Shown in pieces: positions 39,201 to 48,455 of a stretch of 59,097 bases of DNA. The position numbers were made by a program, and so were the translations under genes. A model generated the notes under the pieces. That model had not been told where the DNA came from. It saw only the letters and a program-made list of their open reading frames with translations, and ran no database searches. Origin of the DNA: Alphaproteobacteria bacterium (GTDB lineage Bacteria > Pseudomonadota > Alphaproteobacteria > Methylaequorales > Methylaequoraceae); NCBI GenBank assembly GCA_045563015.1, contig JBJKUQ010000001.1, positions 1 through 59,097 of the forward strand, given 5' to 3'. The stretch's first letter is position 1. Every line of letters starts with the position of its first letter.

Positions 39201-39404
39201 ATGAAAAGTAAGTTCGTATATAAGGTTTTAGACTATATAAATATCCAACATCATAATTCTTCTGATGTTGAGAACTTACTCAATATTCAATATGGTAAAG
39301 AAGGTTTTGAGTTAATTGGAGTTTTAGATATGGGTGAGAACAATACCAATAAAGATGGAAAAAGCTCAAGATTTAGGTATATATTTAAAAAAAATGAGAA
39401 GTAA
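39201..39404 (+). CDS. Small protein, DUF4177-like
   Basis: F.YKV...LLN..YGKEGFELIGV...YIFKK pattern. Confidence 0.55.
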   Translation: MKSKFVYKVLDYINIQHHNSSDVENLLNIQYGKEGFELIGVLDMGENNTNKDGKSSRFRYIFKKNEK

Positions 39405-39576
39405 CGTAAAAATTAAAGATATGAATGATAATGTTTATTTAGTAAAAGATTTAAGACAATTTATCAAACATATTAAGGAGTATCATAACTCAGGATCTTC
39501 AATACATGAAGAAAATGGTTTTTATTTTTTTATTGATGATAAATTCAGAAATTTTTTATTTAATCTTGATACTTAA
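39394..39576 (+). CDS. Small hypothetical protein
   Basis: ATG 39394 overlaps the previous gene's end; ends 12 nt before cysS. Confidence 0.5.
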   Translation: MRSNVKIKDMNDNVYLVKDLRQFIKHIKEYHNSGSSIHEENGFYFFIDDKFRNFLFNLDT

Positions 39577-39587
39577 ATTAACAAACT

Positions 39588-40976
39588 ATGGAAATTAATA
39601 TTTATGACAGTCTAACAAGAAAAAAAAGGGAGTTTGTTCCTATTAAAAAGGATGATGTAAGAATTTATGCATGTGGTCCAACTGTATATGATTATGCTCA
39701 TATAGGAAATGCTCGAATGTCTGTAGTAACTGATTTACTTGTTAGAGTATTAAGAACTAAGTTTTCAAACGTAAAGTTTGTTTCTAATATTACGGATATT
39801 GATGATAAAATTATTGAAGCATCGTTACTTCAAAAAAAATCAATTCAAGAAATAACTGAAAAATTCCATAAAATTTATAATAATGATATGCAAAGAATTG
39901 GAGTGCAAGCTCCAGATAATCAACCAAAAGCAACACAACATATAAAAGAAATGATTTCAATGATTCAAAAACTTTTAGAAAATAATTGTGCTTATGTAAC
40001 TGAGAGTCATGTTATTTTTGATATAAAAAAATATAAATTTTATGGTTGTTTATCTGGAAGATTAAGTGATCAGCAAATTGGTGGAAATAGAATTGAGGTT
40101 GCAGAATTTAAAAAAAATTCTGGTGATTTTATTTTATGGAAACCAAGTAAATTAAATGAACCTAGTTGGGATTCACCATGGGGTAAGGGTCGTCCAGGGT
40201 GGCATATTGAATGCAGTGCAATGGCAGAAAAATGCTTAGGCTCCCCTTTTGATATTCATTGTGGAGGCGTAGATTTAACTTTTCCACATCACGAAAATGA
40301 GATTGCTCAGTCCTGTTCAATAAAAAATATAAACTCTGATCCAGAAACTTTTAGTAAGTATTGGTTTCATAACGGGTTTGTAACTGTCAATGGAGAAAAA
40401 ATGTCAAAATCACTTGGTAATATTACATTGGTAAATGAATTACTAAAAAATTATTCTGGTGATGTTGTAAGATATAGTCTGTTGACATCGCATTACAGAC
40501 AGCCACTTGATTGGTCGAAAACAATCCTAGAGCAATCTAAAAAAACATTAGAAAAATTTAAAAAGATAATTGATGATTGTAATCTTGAAAAAGACATTTT
40601 TCGTAAATATTCTGATGAAAAGTATATAAATAATTTTCTTTATGATCTCTATGATGACCTTAATACTCCTAGAGCATTTGCAACTTTGAACTCATGGATT
40701 GATAAGATTAAAAAGAAATCTGAAAGCAAAGAAACTATAATTTCTTTTATTAAGTGTCTAGAAATTTTAGGAATAAATCTAAATAAAGATAGATATAAAA
40801 ATAAAAAAATAGATAAATCAGAAGAAGAAGTAATTATAAAATTAATTGAAAATAGAGACAATGCACGAAAAAATAAAGATTTTGAAAAAGCTGATGAAAT
40901 AAGAGATAAACTTAAGGAGTTAAATATATCAATAGAGGATTCTGAAGATGGAACTAAGTGGAAAAAAAATAATTAA
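39588..40976 (+). CDS. cysS: Cysteine--tRNA ligase
   Basis: YACGPTVYDYAHIGNAR, GRPGWHIECSAM, HCGGVDLTFPHHENE, KMSKSLGN. Confidence 0.99.
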   Translation: MEINIYDSLTRKKREFVPIKKDDVRIYACGPTVYDYAHIGNARMSVVTDLLVRVLRTKFSNVKFVSNITDIDDKIIEASLLQKKSIQEITEKFHKIYNNDMQRIGVQAPDNQPKATQHIKEMISMIQKLLENNCAYVTESHVIFDIKKYKFYGCLSGRLSDQQIGGNRIEVAEFKKNSGDFILWKPSKLNEPSWDSPWGKGRPGWHIECSAMAEKCLGSPFDIHCGGVDLTFPHHENEIAQSCSIKNINSDPETFSKYWFHNGFVTVNGEKMSKSLGNITLVNELLKNYSGDVVRYSLLTSHYRQPLDWSKTILEQSKKTLEKFKKIIDDCNLEKDIFRKYSDEKYINNFLYDLYDDLNTPRAFATLNSWIDKIKKKSESKETIISFIKCLEILGINLNKDRYKNKKIDKSEEEVIIKLIENRDNARKNKDFEKADEIRDKLKELNISIEDSEDGTKWKKNN

Positions 40977-41616
40977 AAACCCATTTAAATTAGTAATTGT
41001 ATTTTTTTTAAAATTATATCAGTACACTATTTCTCCTATTTTAGGAGTGAATTGTAGATTTGTCCCAACTTGTTCGGAGTACTCAATTCAAGCTTTTAAT
41101 GAGTTTGGATTTTTCAAAGGTTTTTTACTAACAATCAAAAGATTAATGAAATGTCATCCATTTTGTAAAAGTGAGTATGATCCAATTGAAAAAAATTACA
41201 AAATAACAATTAAAAGAGTTTCAAAAAAAAATATAAGAAAGTATAGGTTAGAGAGTTTATATTCTAATATTGACTCTAAATTAGCCTTTTATAAAGATGA
41301 TATATTAAAATCAACATTACATTTAGCGTTATTTTTAAATAATAAATTTGTTTCAGGATTAACTTTAATTAAGAATGAAAATTCTTTTCAAATTAGAGGG
41401 ATGTTTACAGTAAAAGATCAAATAAATAAGGGATTTGGTTCAAAATTAATTAAATATGTTAAAAAAAACGTTCTTAATAAAAAAAATAATCATTTATGGT
41501 GTAATGCTAGAATTAAAGCCATAAACTTTTATAAAAAAAATGATTTTAAAGAATATGGAGATTTTTTTTTAGTGAAAAAAATTGGTCTACATAAAAAATT
41601 AGAATTTCGCTTATGA
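40948..41616 (+). CDS. Fusion: YidD membrane-insertion factor (N-term) + GNAT acetyltransferase (C-term)
   Basis: YQYTISP..CRFVPTCSEYS..KRLMKCHPF..YDP (YidD), followed in frame by QIRGMFT..QINKGFGSKL..LWCNAR..AINFYKK (GNAT). Confidence 0.82.
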   Translation: MELSGKKIIKNPFKLVIVFFLKLYQYTISPILGVNCRFVPTCSEYSIQAFNEFGFFKGFLLTIKRLMKCHPFCKSEYDPIEKNYKITIKRVSKKNIRKYRLESLYSNIDSKLAFYKDDILKSTLHLALFLNNKFVSGLTLIKNENSFQIRGMFTVKDQINKGFGSKLIKYVKKNVLNKKNNHLWCNARIKAINFYKKNDFKEYGDFFLVKKIGLHKKLEFRL

Positions 41617-41993
41617 TTAATAAAAAAAAGCAATTAAATATTTTCGGGAAAAAATTACAAATTTGTTCAAAAATTCCGCTCACAGGTTTTTTTAGAGATG
41701 GATGTTGTAATAGTTCAGGTCAGGATATTGGTAATCATATTATTTGCTCAAAGGTTACGGAGGAATTCTTAAAATTTTCTCTATCCAAAGGAAATGATTT
41801 AATAAGTAAAAATAGTGAAGTAAACTTTCCTGGACTTGTTAGTGGGGATAAATGGTGTTTATGTGTGGATAGGTGGTTGGAAGCTTTAAAAGATAAATGT
41901 GCTCCTAGGGTTTATCTTAATTCAACTAATCAAAACGTATTACAGAAAATTAGTTTAGAAACTCTAAAAAGATTTGCATTAGACCTTAACTAA
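41613..41993 (+). CDS. DUF2237 family protein
   Basis: PLTGFFRDGCC, HIICSKVTEEFL, GNDL, FPGL..GDKWCLC..RW.EA. Confidence 0.88.
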   Translation: MINKKKQLNIFGKKLQICSKIPLTGFFRDGCCNSSGQDIGNHIICSKVTEEFLKFSLSKGNDLISKNSEVNFPGLVSGDKWCLCVDRWLEALKDKCAPRVYLNSTNQNVLQKISLETLKRFALDLN

Positions 41994-42000
41994 AATTATT

Positions 42001-42534
42001 ATGCATCGAATCATGAAAAATTTATTAATAGTTTCATCAACAAAAAACTCAAATTTTCAACTTTCTAAAGAAATTAAAGATTTTTTTGGTGATAATAAAG
42101 AGATTAATTGTAATGTTATTTCATTAGAGGATTTTGACTTGCCTCTTTATAAACCAGATTTAGAGGAAAATTTTAAGAGAAAAGACGAATTTCCAGGTGA
42201 TATTGAAAGAATAAAAAATTTATTTTTAGAATCTGATGCATTTGTTTGGTGTAGTCCTGAATATAATGGTGGAATTTCTCCAATATTAACTAATGTAATA
42301 GCTTGGATAAGTAGAGCTACGATTGATTGGAAAGAAGGTTTTAAGGATAAACACTCTCTTATTTGCACTTCCTCTGGAGGAAATGGTAAGCATTTTATAA
42401 AGGGTTTTACTCTCCAACTAGGTTATCTTGGTGCTAAAGTAATGGATGAATCAATTATAAGAACAAAAAAAAAAGATTTGGAAGAAAACGAATTTAAGGA
42501 AATATTAACTAAATTTTTAAAAAAATTTATATAA
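42001..42534 (+). CDS. NADPH-dependent FMN reductase (flavodoxin-like)
   Basis: SSTKNSN, SPEYNGGISPILTNVIAWIS, TSSGGNG. Confidence 0.85.
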   Translation: MHRIMKNLLIVSSTKNSNFQLSKEIKDFFGDNKEINCNVISLEDFDLPLYKPDLEENFKRKDEFPGDIERIKNLFLESDAFVWCSPEYNGGISPILTNVIAWISRATIDWKEGFKDKHSLICTSSGGNGKHFIKGFTLQLGYLGAKVMDESIIRTKKKDLEENEFKEILTKFLKKFI

Positions 42535-42595
42535 AATTTAAATAAAAAATTTGTTCAGTCGTTAGTACTATGCAAGCTTGCTTTCCATTAACTGC

Positions 42596-42628
42596 AAAAA
42601 AGGGGTGTTTACACCCCTTTTTTTTTTT
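42596..42628 (+). terminator. Strong intrinsic terminator (could act bidirectionally)
   Basis: AAAAAA-GGGGTG-TTTA-CACCCC-T11. Confidence 0.88.
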
Positions 42629-42636
42629 CTCAGATA

Positions 42637-44079
42637 ATGTATAAGAGAAAAATGAAAGAAGAATATGGATTTCTAATCAATGGAAAATGGAAATTTAGTA
42701 AAAGAAAACTGAATGTTTTTAATCCATTCAACAATAAAGTTATTTCAAAAATTTCTGTTGTAGATAAAAATAATGTACTTGATGCAATAGATAGTTCAAC
42801 AAAGGCGTTTCAAGTTTGGTCTAATGAAAGTGTAAAAAAAAGATCAGATATTTTAAAAAATTTCTTTCAACTTATTATAAAAAATCGAAAAAAACTATCT
42901 AAAATAATTACACTTGAAACTGGTAAGCCCTTGAAAGAGTCAGAAGTTGAAGTAGATTATGGCGCCTCTTTCATTGAATGGGCAGCAGAACAATCATTAA
43001 GAATAAAAGGAGATATATTTGAATCTCCAGAAGTTGGAAAAAAGATGTTTACAGTTAAACAACCCATTGGGGTAGTTGTCGCAATAACCCCATGGAATTT
43101 TCCCTTAGCGATGGTTACAAGAAAAGTTAGTGCTGCAGTAGCTGCGGGTTGTACTGTTATTTTAAAGCCTTCTGAGTTGACACCTATAACTGCTCTGGAA
43201 TTAGGAAGTTTATCCATTAAGGCAGGTTTTCCTCCAGGTGTATTTAATATTTTAAATGGTAATCCTGATATGATTGGAAAAATCCTTTGTAAAGACTTAA
43301 ATATACGTAAGATCACCTTTACAGGTTCAACTGAAGTAGGAAAACTATTAATGAAAAGATCGTCATCAACTGTAAAAAATATATCATTGGAATTAGGAGG
43401 AAATGCCCCATTTATAGTGTTTGCAGACGCAAATATTAAAAATGCAGTTGATGGTTTCATTATGGCTAAGTTTAGAAATGCAGGTCAAACCTGTATTTCT
43501 GCCAATAGATTATTTATTCATAAATCTGTGAGTGAGAAATTTATAGATTTATTATCCATTGAAATTAAAAAAATTAAAGTTGGTAACGGTATGCAAAATA
43601 ATGATTTAGGACCTTTAATATCTCACGAAGCACTAAAAAAAGTTGAAAGTCATGTTAACGAATCAAAAAAAAAAGGAGCAAAGATTTTAATGGGTGGTAA
43701 AATGCATAAACTTGGGGGGTTCTTTTATGAACCAACAATTATTTTGGGTATAAAAAAAAATATGCAAGTTTTTAGAAATGAAAACTTTGGTCCAATTATT
43801 CCTATCATAAAATTTTCAAGTGACAAAGAAGTTATAGATTTATCTAATGATACCAATTATGGGTTAGCTGCATATTTTTATACTAAAGACTCTTCACGTA
43901 TATGGAATACATGCAAGAATTTAGAGTACGGTATGTTTGGAATAAATTCGGGTAAAATTTCAACATATTTAAATTCATTTGGAGGTCTTAAAGAGTCTGG
44001 AATTGGCAGAGAGGGATCAATTCAGTGTCTAGACCCATTCTTGGAGACAAAGTTCGTATCTTGGAGATATAATGACTAA
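42637..44079 (+). CDS. gabD: NAD(P)-dependent succinate-semialdehyde dehydrogenase
   Basis: ITPWNFP, KPSELTP, FTGSTEVGK, LELGGNAP, RNAGQTC, ENFGP, FGGLKESGIGREG. Start may be ATG 42652. Confidence 0.85.
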   Translation: MYKRKMKEEYGFLINGKWKFSKRKLNVFNPFNNKVISKISVVDKNNVLDAIDSSTKAFQVWSNESVKKRSDILKNFFQLIIKNRKKLSKIITLETGKPLKESEVEVDYGASFIEWAAEQSLRIKGDIFESPEVGKKMFTVKQPIGVVVAITPWNFPLAMVTRKVSAAVAAGCTVILKPSELTPITALELGSLSIKAGFPPGVFNILNGNPDMIGKILCKDLNIRKITFTGSTEVGKLLMKRSSSTVKNISLELGGNAPFIVFADANIKNAVDGFIMAKFRNAGQTCISANRLFIHKSVSEKFIDLLSIEIKKIKVGNGMQNNDLGPLISHEALKKVESHVNESKKKGAKILMGGKMHKLGGFFYEPTIILGIKKNMQVFRNENFGPIIPIIKFSSDKEVIDLSNDTNYGLAAYFYTKDSSRIWNTCKNLEYGMFGINSGKISTYLNSFGGLKESGIGREGSIQCLDPFLETKFVSWRYND

Positions 44080-45412
44080 AAAATTTGATTTATTTGTTAT
44101 TGGTGGAGGTTCAGGTGGGGTAAGGGCCGCAAGAATTGCATCATCAAAAGGAATGAAAGTTGGTTTAGCTGAAGGCTGGAGTCTTGGTGGAACTTGTGTT
44201 AATAGAGGTTGCGTTCCAAAAAAGCTTTACTCATATTCTTCACATTTTAGTGAGGATATTGAATTAATGAGTTCTTTTGGATGGTCTATTTCGAAAAAAA
44301 ATTTTTCTTGGAACAAGTTGGTTCAAAATAAAAAAAAAGAAATTAAACGCTTAAGTCAAATTTACAATTCTTTGCTGGCTAATTCTGGTGTTGAAATTTT
44401 TTCTGGTTTTGCTGAATTTTTAGATTCTGAATCAATAAAAATCGGAAAAAAAACTATTCAATCAAAAAATTTTTTAATAGCCGTTGGAACTCAACCAAAT
44501 AGATTAAATTTTAACGCATCCAAAGAAATAGTTACCTCTGACGAAGCTTTTGATCTTAAAAGTCTTCCAAAAAAAATTCTAATTCTTGGAGGAGGGTATA
44601 TTGCTGTTGAATTTGCAGCAATTTTTAACGGATTGGGAGTGAACACTACTATTTGTATCAGAAGAGAAAAAATTCTTAAAGGTTTTGATGATGACGTAGT
44701 AAGTCAATTAACCAACCAAATGAAGGAAAAGGGAATAAAAATAATTTCCAATGATTTTCCTCAAGAAATTTCAAAAAAAAATAACCTCTTTGATGTTAAG
44801 TATAAAAGAAATAAATCTGAAAAGTTTGATCTAGTGATGGAAGCAACAGGAAGATCACCTAATATTGAAAGATTAAATTTAGAAAAAATCAAAATAAAGC
44901 TATCAAAAAATTCATCTATAATTGTCAACGATTATTTTGAAACATCTTGTAAAAATATATATGCTATTGGAGATGTAATTAACAGAATTCAATTAACACC
45001 AGTTGCTATTGCAGAGGCTATGATTCTTGTGAATAATCTTACTAAAAAAAAGAAAGAAAAGTTCAAATATAACAATGTTCCAACAGCTGTTTTTTCAAAT
45101 CCAAATTATGCTTATGTTGGTTTTACAGAAACTGAAGCCAAAAAAAAATTTAAGAAAATTGAAATTTTTTCCAGTAACTTTAGACCACTAAGATTTTCAT
45201 TATCAAAAAAAAAAGAAAAGGTGTTTGTTAAACTTATAGTGAACAGTTTAAATAACAAAGTAGTAGGTTTGCATTATTTAGGGGAACATGCTGCTGAGAT
45301 TGTTCAAGGTTTCTCTGTTGCAATTGTAAATGGTCTTACAAAAAAAGCTTTTGACAAAACTGTTGGAATTCATCCAACAAGTGCAGAAGAAATTGTAACA
45401 ATGAAAAAATAA
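44072..45412 (+). CDS. gor: Glutathione-disulfide reductase
   Basis: GGGSGG, GGTCVNRGCVPKK, GGGYIAVE, LTPVAIAE, GIHPTSAEE. Confidence 0.94.
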   Translation: MTKKFDLFVIGGGSGGVRAARIASSKGMKVGLAEGWSLGGTCVNRGCVPKKLYSYSSHFSEDIELMSSFGWSISKKNFSWNKLVQNKKKEIKRLSQIYNSLLANSGVEIFSGFAEFLDSESIKIGKKTIQSKNFLIAVGTQPNRLNFNASKEIVTSDEAFDLKSLPKKILILGGGYIAVEFAAIFNGLGVNTTICIRREKILKGFDDDVVSQLTNQMKEKGIKIISNDFPQEISKKNNLFDVKYKRNKSEKFDLVMEATGRSPNIERLNLEKIKIKLSKNSSIIVNDYFETSCKNIYAIGDVINRIQLTPVAIAEAMILVNNLTKKKKEKFKYNNVPTAVFSNPNYAYVGFTETEAKKKFKKIEIFSSNFRPLRFSLSKKKEKVFVKLIVNSLNNKVVGLHYLGEHAAEIVQGFSVAIVNGLTKKAFDKTVGIHPTSAEEIVTMKK

Positions 45413-45462
45413 AACATAATAATAAAATTTGTATTTTAGTTTATAATTATTATAAGTAATTT

Positions 45463-46812
45463 ATGAAAAAAGTTTGGAACCCAAATAGCTGGAAAAAAAA
45501 AAAAGCACTTCACCAGCCAGTATACACTAATAAAGCTATACTCAAGAGTGTTTTAGCAAAGATGAAAAAGTTACCGCCTTTAGTTTTTGCGGGTGAAGTA
45601 AGAAATTTAAAAAAAGAATTAGCAAAATGCGTTGATGGAAAAGGATTTCTACTTCAAGCAGGCGATTGTGCAGAGAGTTTTGCAGAATTTCATCCTAATT
45701 ACATTCGTGATACTTTTAGAGTTATTATGCAAATGGCTGTGACTTTATCTTTTGCATCTGGTGTACCTGTTGTCAAAGTAGGTCGCTTAGCAGGGCAGTT
45801 TGCGAAACCAAGATCTTCACCAATAGAAGAAAAAAAAGGTAAAAAATTACCTAGTTATCTTGGTGACATGATTAATGGAATAGAATTTAATGAAAAAAGC
45901 AGAATTCCTAATCCAAATAGGATGGTAATGGCTTACAATCAAGCAGCTTCAACACAAAATTTATTAAGAGCTTTTGCAAATGGTGGTTATGCAGATTTAT
46001 CAACTATTCAGAGTTGGAATCTTGATTTTGTTAAAAAATCAAAACAAGGGTCAAATTTCAAATTAATAGCTGATAGAATATCAGAATGTCTAAAGTTTAT
46101 AGACGCATGTGGAATAAATAATAAAAACGTTAGACAACTATCTGAGACAAACTTTTACATATCTCATGAAGCACTGCTTCTCCCATATGAAGCTGCATTT
46201 GCTAGAATAGATAGTACCACAGGTGATTGGTATGATGTTTCTGCCCACATGGTTTGGATTGGAGACAGAACAAGGCAATTAGATGGAGCTCACGTAGAAT
46301 TTTGTAAAGGAATAAGTAATCCAATAGGGATTAAAGTTGGTCCTTCGACGGATAAGAATGAATTAATTAATGTTATTAAATTGCTTAGTCCAGATAATGA
46401 AAAAGGTAAAATTGTTTTAATTGTAAGAATGGGCTCTAAAAACATTGATAATCTATTGCCACCTATTTTACAAAAAGTAAAAAAAGAGAACTTAAATGTA
46501 GTTTGGTCATGTGATCCCATGCATGCAAATATAGAAAAAGCAAAAACTGGTTATAAAACTAGAAATTTTAAAAATATAATTGAAGAAGTAAAATCGTTTT
46601 TCAAAATTCACAAAAAAATAGGAACTTATGCTGGTGGTATTCATATAGAGATGACAGGACAAAATGTTACTGAATGCATAGGAGGCCTTCAGAAAATTTC
46701 TGATAAGGATTTAAGTAGCAGATATCATACTCATTGTGACCCAAGATTAAATGCTTCTCAATCTCTTGAATTAGCATTTACAATGGCCACTCATTTAAAA
46801 AATTTGAAATAA
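45463..46812 (+). CDS. Class II 3-deoxy-7-phosphoheptulonate (DAHP) synthase
   Basis: LPPLVFAGE, GDCAESF, GRLAGQFAKPRS, WIGDRTRQ, CDPMHAN, CDPRLN. Confidence 0.96.
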   Translation: MKKVWNPNSWKKKKALHQPVYTNKAILKSVLAKMKKLPPLVFAGEVRNLKKELAKCVDGKGFLLQAGDCAESFAEFHPNYIRDTFRVIMQMAVTLSFASGVPVVKVGRLAGQFAKPRSSPIEEKKGKKLPSYLGDMINGIEFNEKSRIPNPNRMVMAYNQAASTQNLLRAFANGGYADLSTIQSWNLDFVKKSKQGSNFKLIADRISECLKFIDACGINNKNVRQLSETNFYISHEALLLPYEAAFARIDSTTGDWYDVSAHMVWIGDRTRQLDGAHVEFCKGISNPIGIKVGPSTDKNELINVIKLLSPDNEKGKIVLIVRMGSKNIDNLLPPILQKVKKENLNVVWSCDPMHANIEKAKTGYKTRNFKNIIEEVKSFFKIHKKIGTYAGGIHIEMTGQNVTECIGGLQKISDKDLSSRYHTHCDPRLNASQSLELAFTMATHLKNLK

Positions 46813-46840
46813 TTTCAGGGAGAAAGAAATTAAATTTTTT

Positions 46841-48454
46841 TTGTTACAAAAAAGTTCAATTTTAGGAGACCTTGAAAAAAATTATGAGATCATAAGAGAT
46901 TCATACGAAAAAAGTAATAAAAGGAAATGTGACTTTTTTATTACCTCTGAATTATTTTTAACAGGTTATCCACCTCAGGATCTATTGATGAGAAATGATT
47001 TTTTATCAACTGTAAATTTTTTTAAGAAAAAGATCTTAAATTTGACAAAAAACAAATCGTCAATACTTGTCTTAAATATTCCTGAACTTAAAGGTGATAA
47101 GGTTTTCAGTACTTTATTTTTATTTAAGAATGGTTCAGTTATATACCAAAAAAATAAAATTAACCTTCCAAATTATGGAGTTTTCGACGAAAAAAGATAT
47201 TTTGAAGAGGGTAAACTTATCAACCCTTATTTTAGGTATAAGAATAAAATAATTAAATTTTTGATTTGTGAAGAAATGTGGATAAAAAAGGCTGTTAGCA
47301 AATCAGAGAATGCTGATTATGTGATTTCAATGAATGCGTCTCCATTTGAGATCGATAAAGACAAATTAAGAAAATCTTATGCAAAAAAAAATATAAATAA
47401 TAAAACAAAAAATCTGATTTATTTAAATGCTGTTGGTTGTCAAGATGATTTAATCTTTGACGGTGGATCTTTTATAATGAATAAAAGGGGAGAGGTCTGT
47501 TTCCAACAGTCTTTTTTTGAAGAAATAGAATTTATTTTTGATTCTAATAAACAACTTAATGTTTCTGATAAAAAAAATAAAATAAATAAATTAGAACATA
47601 TTTACTCTGCCCTAATTTATAGTTTAAAATTTTATATGAAAAATAATAATTTCAAAAAAGTAATTATTGGTCTTTCAGGCGGTATTGATTCAGCATTATG
47701 TTTAGCAATAATTGTAGATGCAATTGGAGAAAAAAATGTAGATTGTTTTTACTTACCAACAATTTACAACTCTAATCAAAGTATAAAAGATTCTATAGAT
47801 TTAACAAATAATCTAAATATCAAATTAAACGAGATATCAATTGAGAATTTAAGAAAAAATATTTTACTAGAACTCACTCCTTTTTTTAAAAAAAAAACCT
47901 CTGACATAACTGAAGAGAATATACAATCAAGACTTAGAGGTTTAATTTTAATGGCTATCTCAAATAAATTCAACTCTCTTTTGATAACAACAGGAAATAA
48001 GTCAGAGTTAGCAGTAGGTTATTCAACTTTATACGGGGACATGTGTGGAGGCTTTTCTTTGATAAAGGATATTTATAAAACTCAGGTCAATAGTTTGGCT
48101 AAATGGAGAAATTTAAATATACCAACCTTTAGTAATTTTAAAAAAAAAAATATAATTCCAAAAAATATAATTACAAAGGAACCAACTGCAGAACTTAAAA
48201 TGAATCAAAAGGATATAGATTCACTTCCAAACTATAAAATTTTAGATAAAATATTAGAATTAATTATTGATAAAAATTATGACTTACAATCAATTAAAAA
48301 ATATGGTTTTAATGAAGGATTGATAAAGAAAGTATGGAATCTAGTGAAAAACTCTGAATTTAAAAGATATCAAAGTGCAATTGGCCCAAAAGTATCGCAA
48401 ATGTCTTTCGATAAGGATAGAAGGTTCCCAATAACCAATAAGTTTATGATATAA
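46841..48454 (+). CDS. nadE: Glutamine-dependent NAD+ synthetase
   Basis: Nitrilase triad ([29 protein letters not shown]); [24 protein letters not shown]. Start uncertain. Confidence 0.94.
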   Translation: MLQKSSILGDLEKNYEIIRDSYEKSNKRKCDFFITSELFLTGYPPQDLLMRNDFLSTVNFFKKKILNLTKNKSSILVLNIPELKGDKVFSTLFLFKNGSVIYQKNKINLPNYGVFDEKRYFEEGKLINPYFRYKNKIIKFLICEEMWIKKAVSKSENADYVISMNASPFEIDKDKLRKSYAKKNINNKTKNLIYLNAVGCQDDLIFDGGSFIMNKRGEVCFQQSFFEEIEFIFDSNKQLNVSDKKNKINKLEHIYSALIYSLKFYMKNNNFKKVIIGLSGGIDSALCLAIIVDAIGEKNVDCFYLPTIYNSNQSIKDSIDLTNNLNIKLNEISIENLRKNILLELTPFFKKKTSDITEENIQSRLRGLILMAISNKFNSLLITTGNKSELAVGYSTLYGDMCGGFSLIKDIYKTQVNSLAKWRNLNIPTFSNFKKKNIIPKNIITKEPTAELKMNQKDIDSLPNYKILDKILELIIDKNYDLQSIKKYGFNEGLIKKVWNLVKNSEFKRYQSAIGPKVSQMSFDKDRRFPITNKFMI

Positions 48455-48455
48455 A

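Larger units (their letters stand above)
34111..39576. other. Putative flexible genomic island of small exported/membrane proteins between the glmS copy and cysS
   Basis: About 13 short genes, mostly hypothetical with signal peptides or TM segments, between core genes. No integrase or transposase seen. Confidence 0.45.

Noticed and set aside
42551-42600. SAM-II/SAM-V riboswitch (TGCAAGC...AAAAAGGG resemblance)
   Set aside because: Lacks the GAUUU..ACC/GCC core and pseudoknot pairing; kept only as an unnamed candidate RNA.
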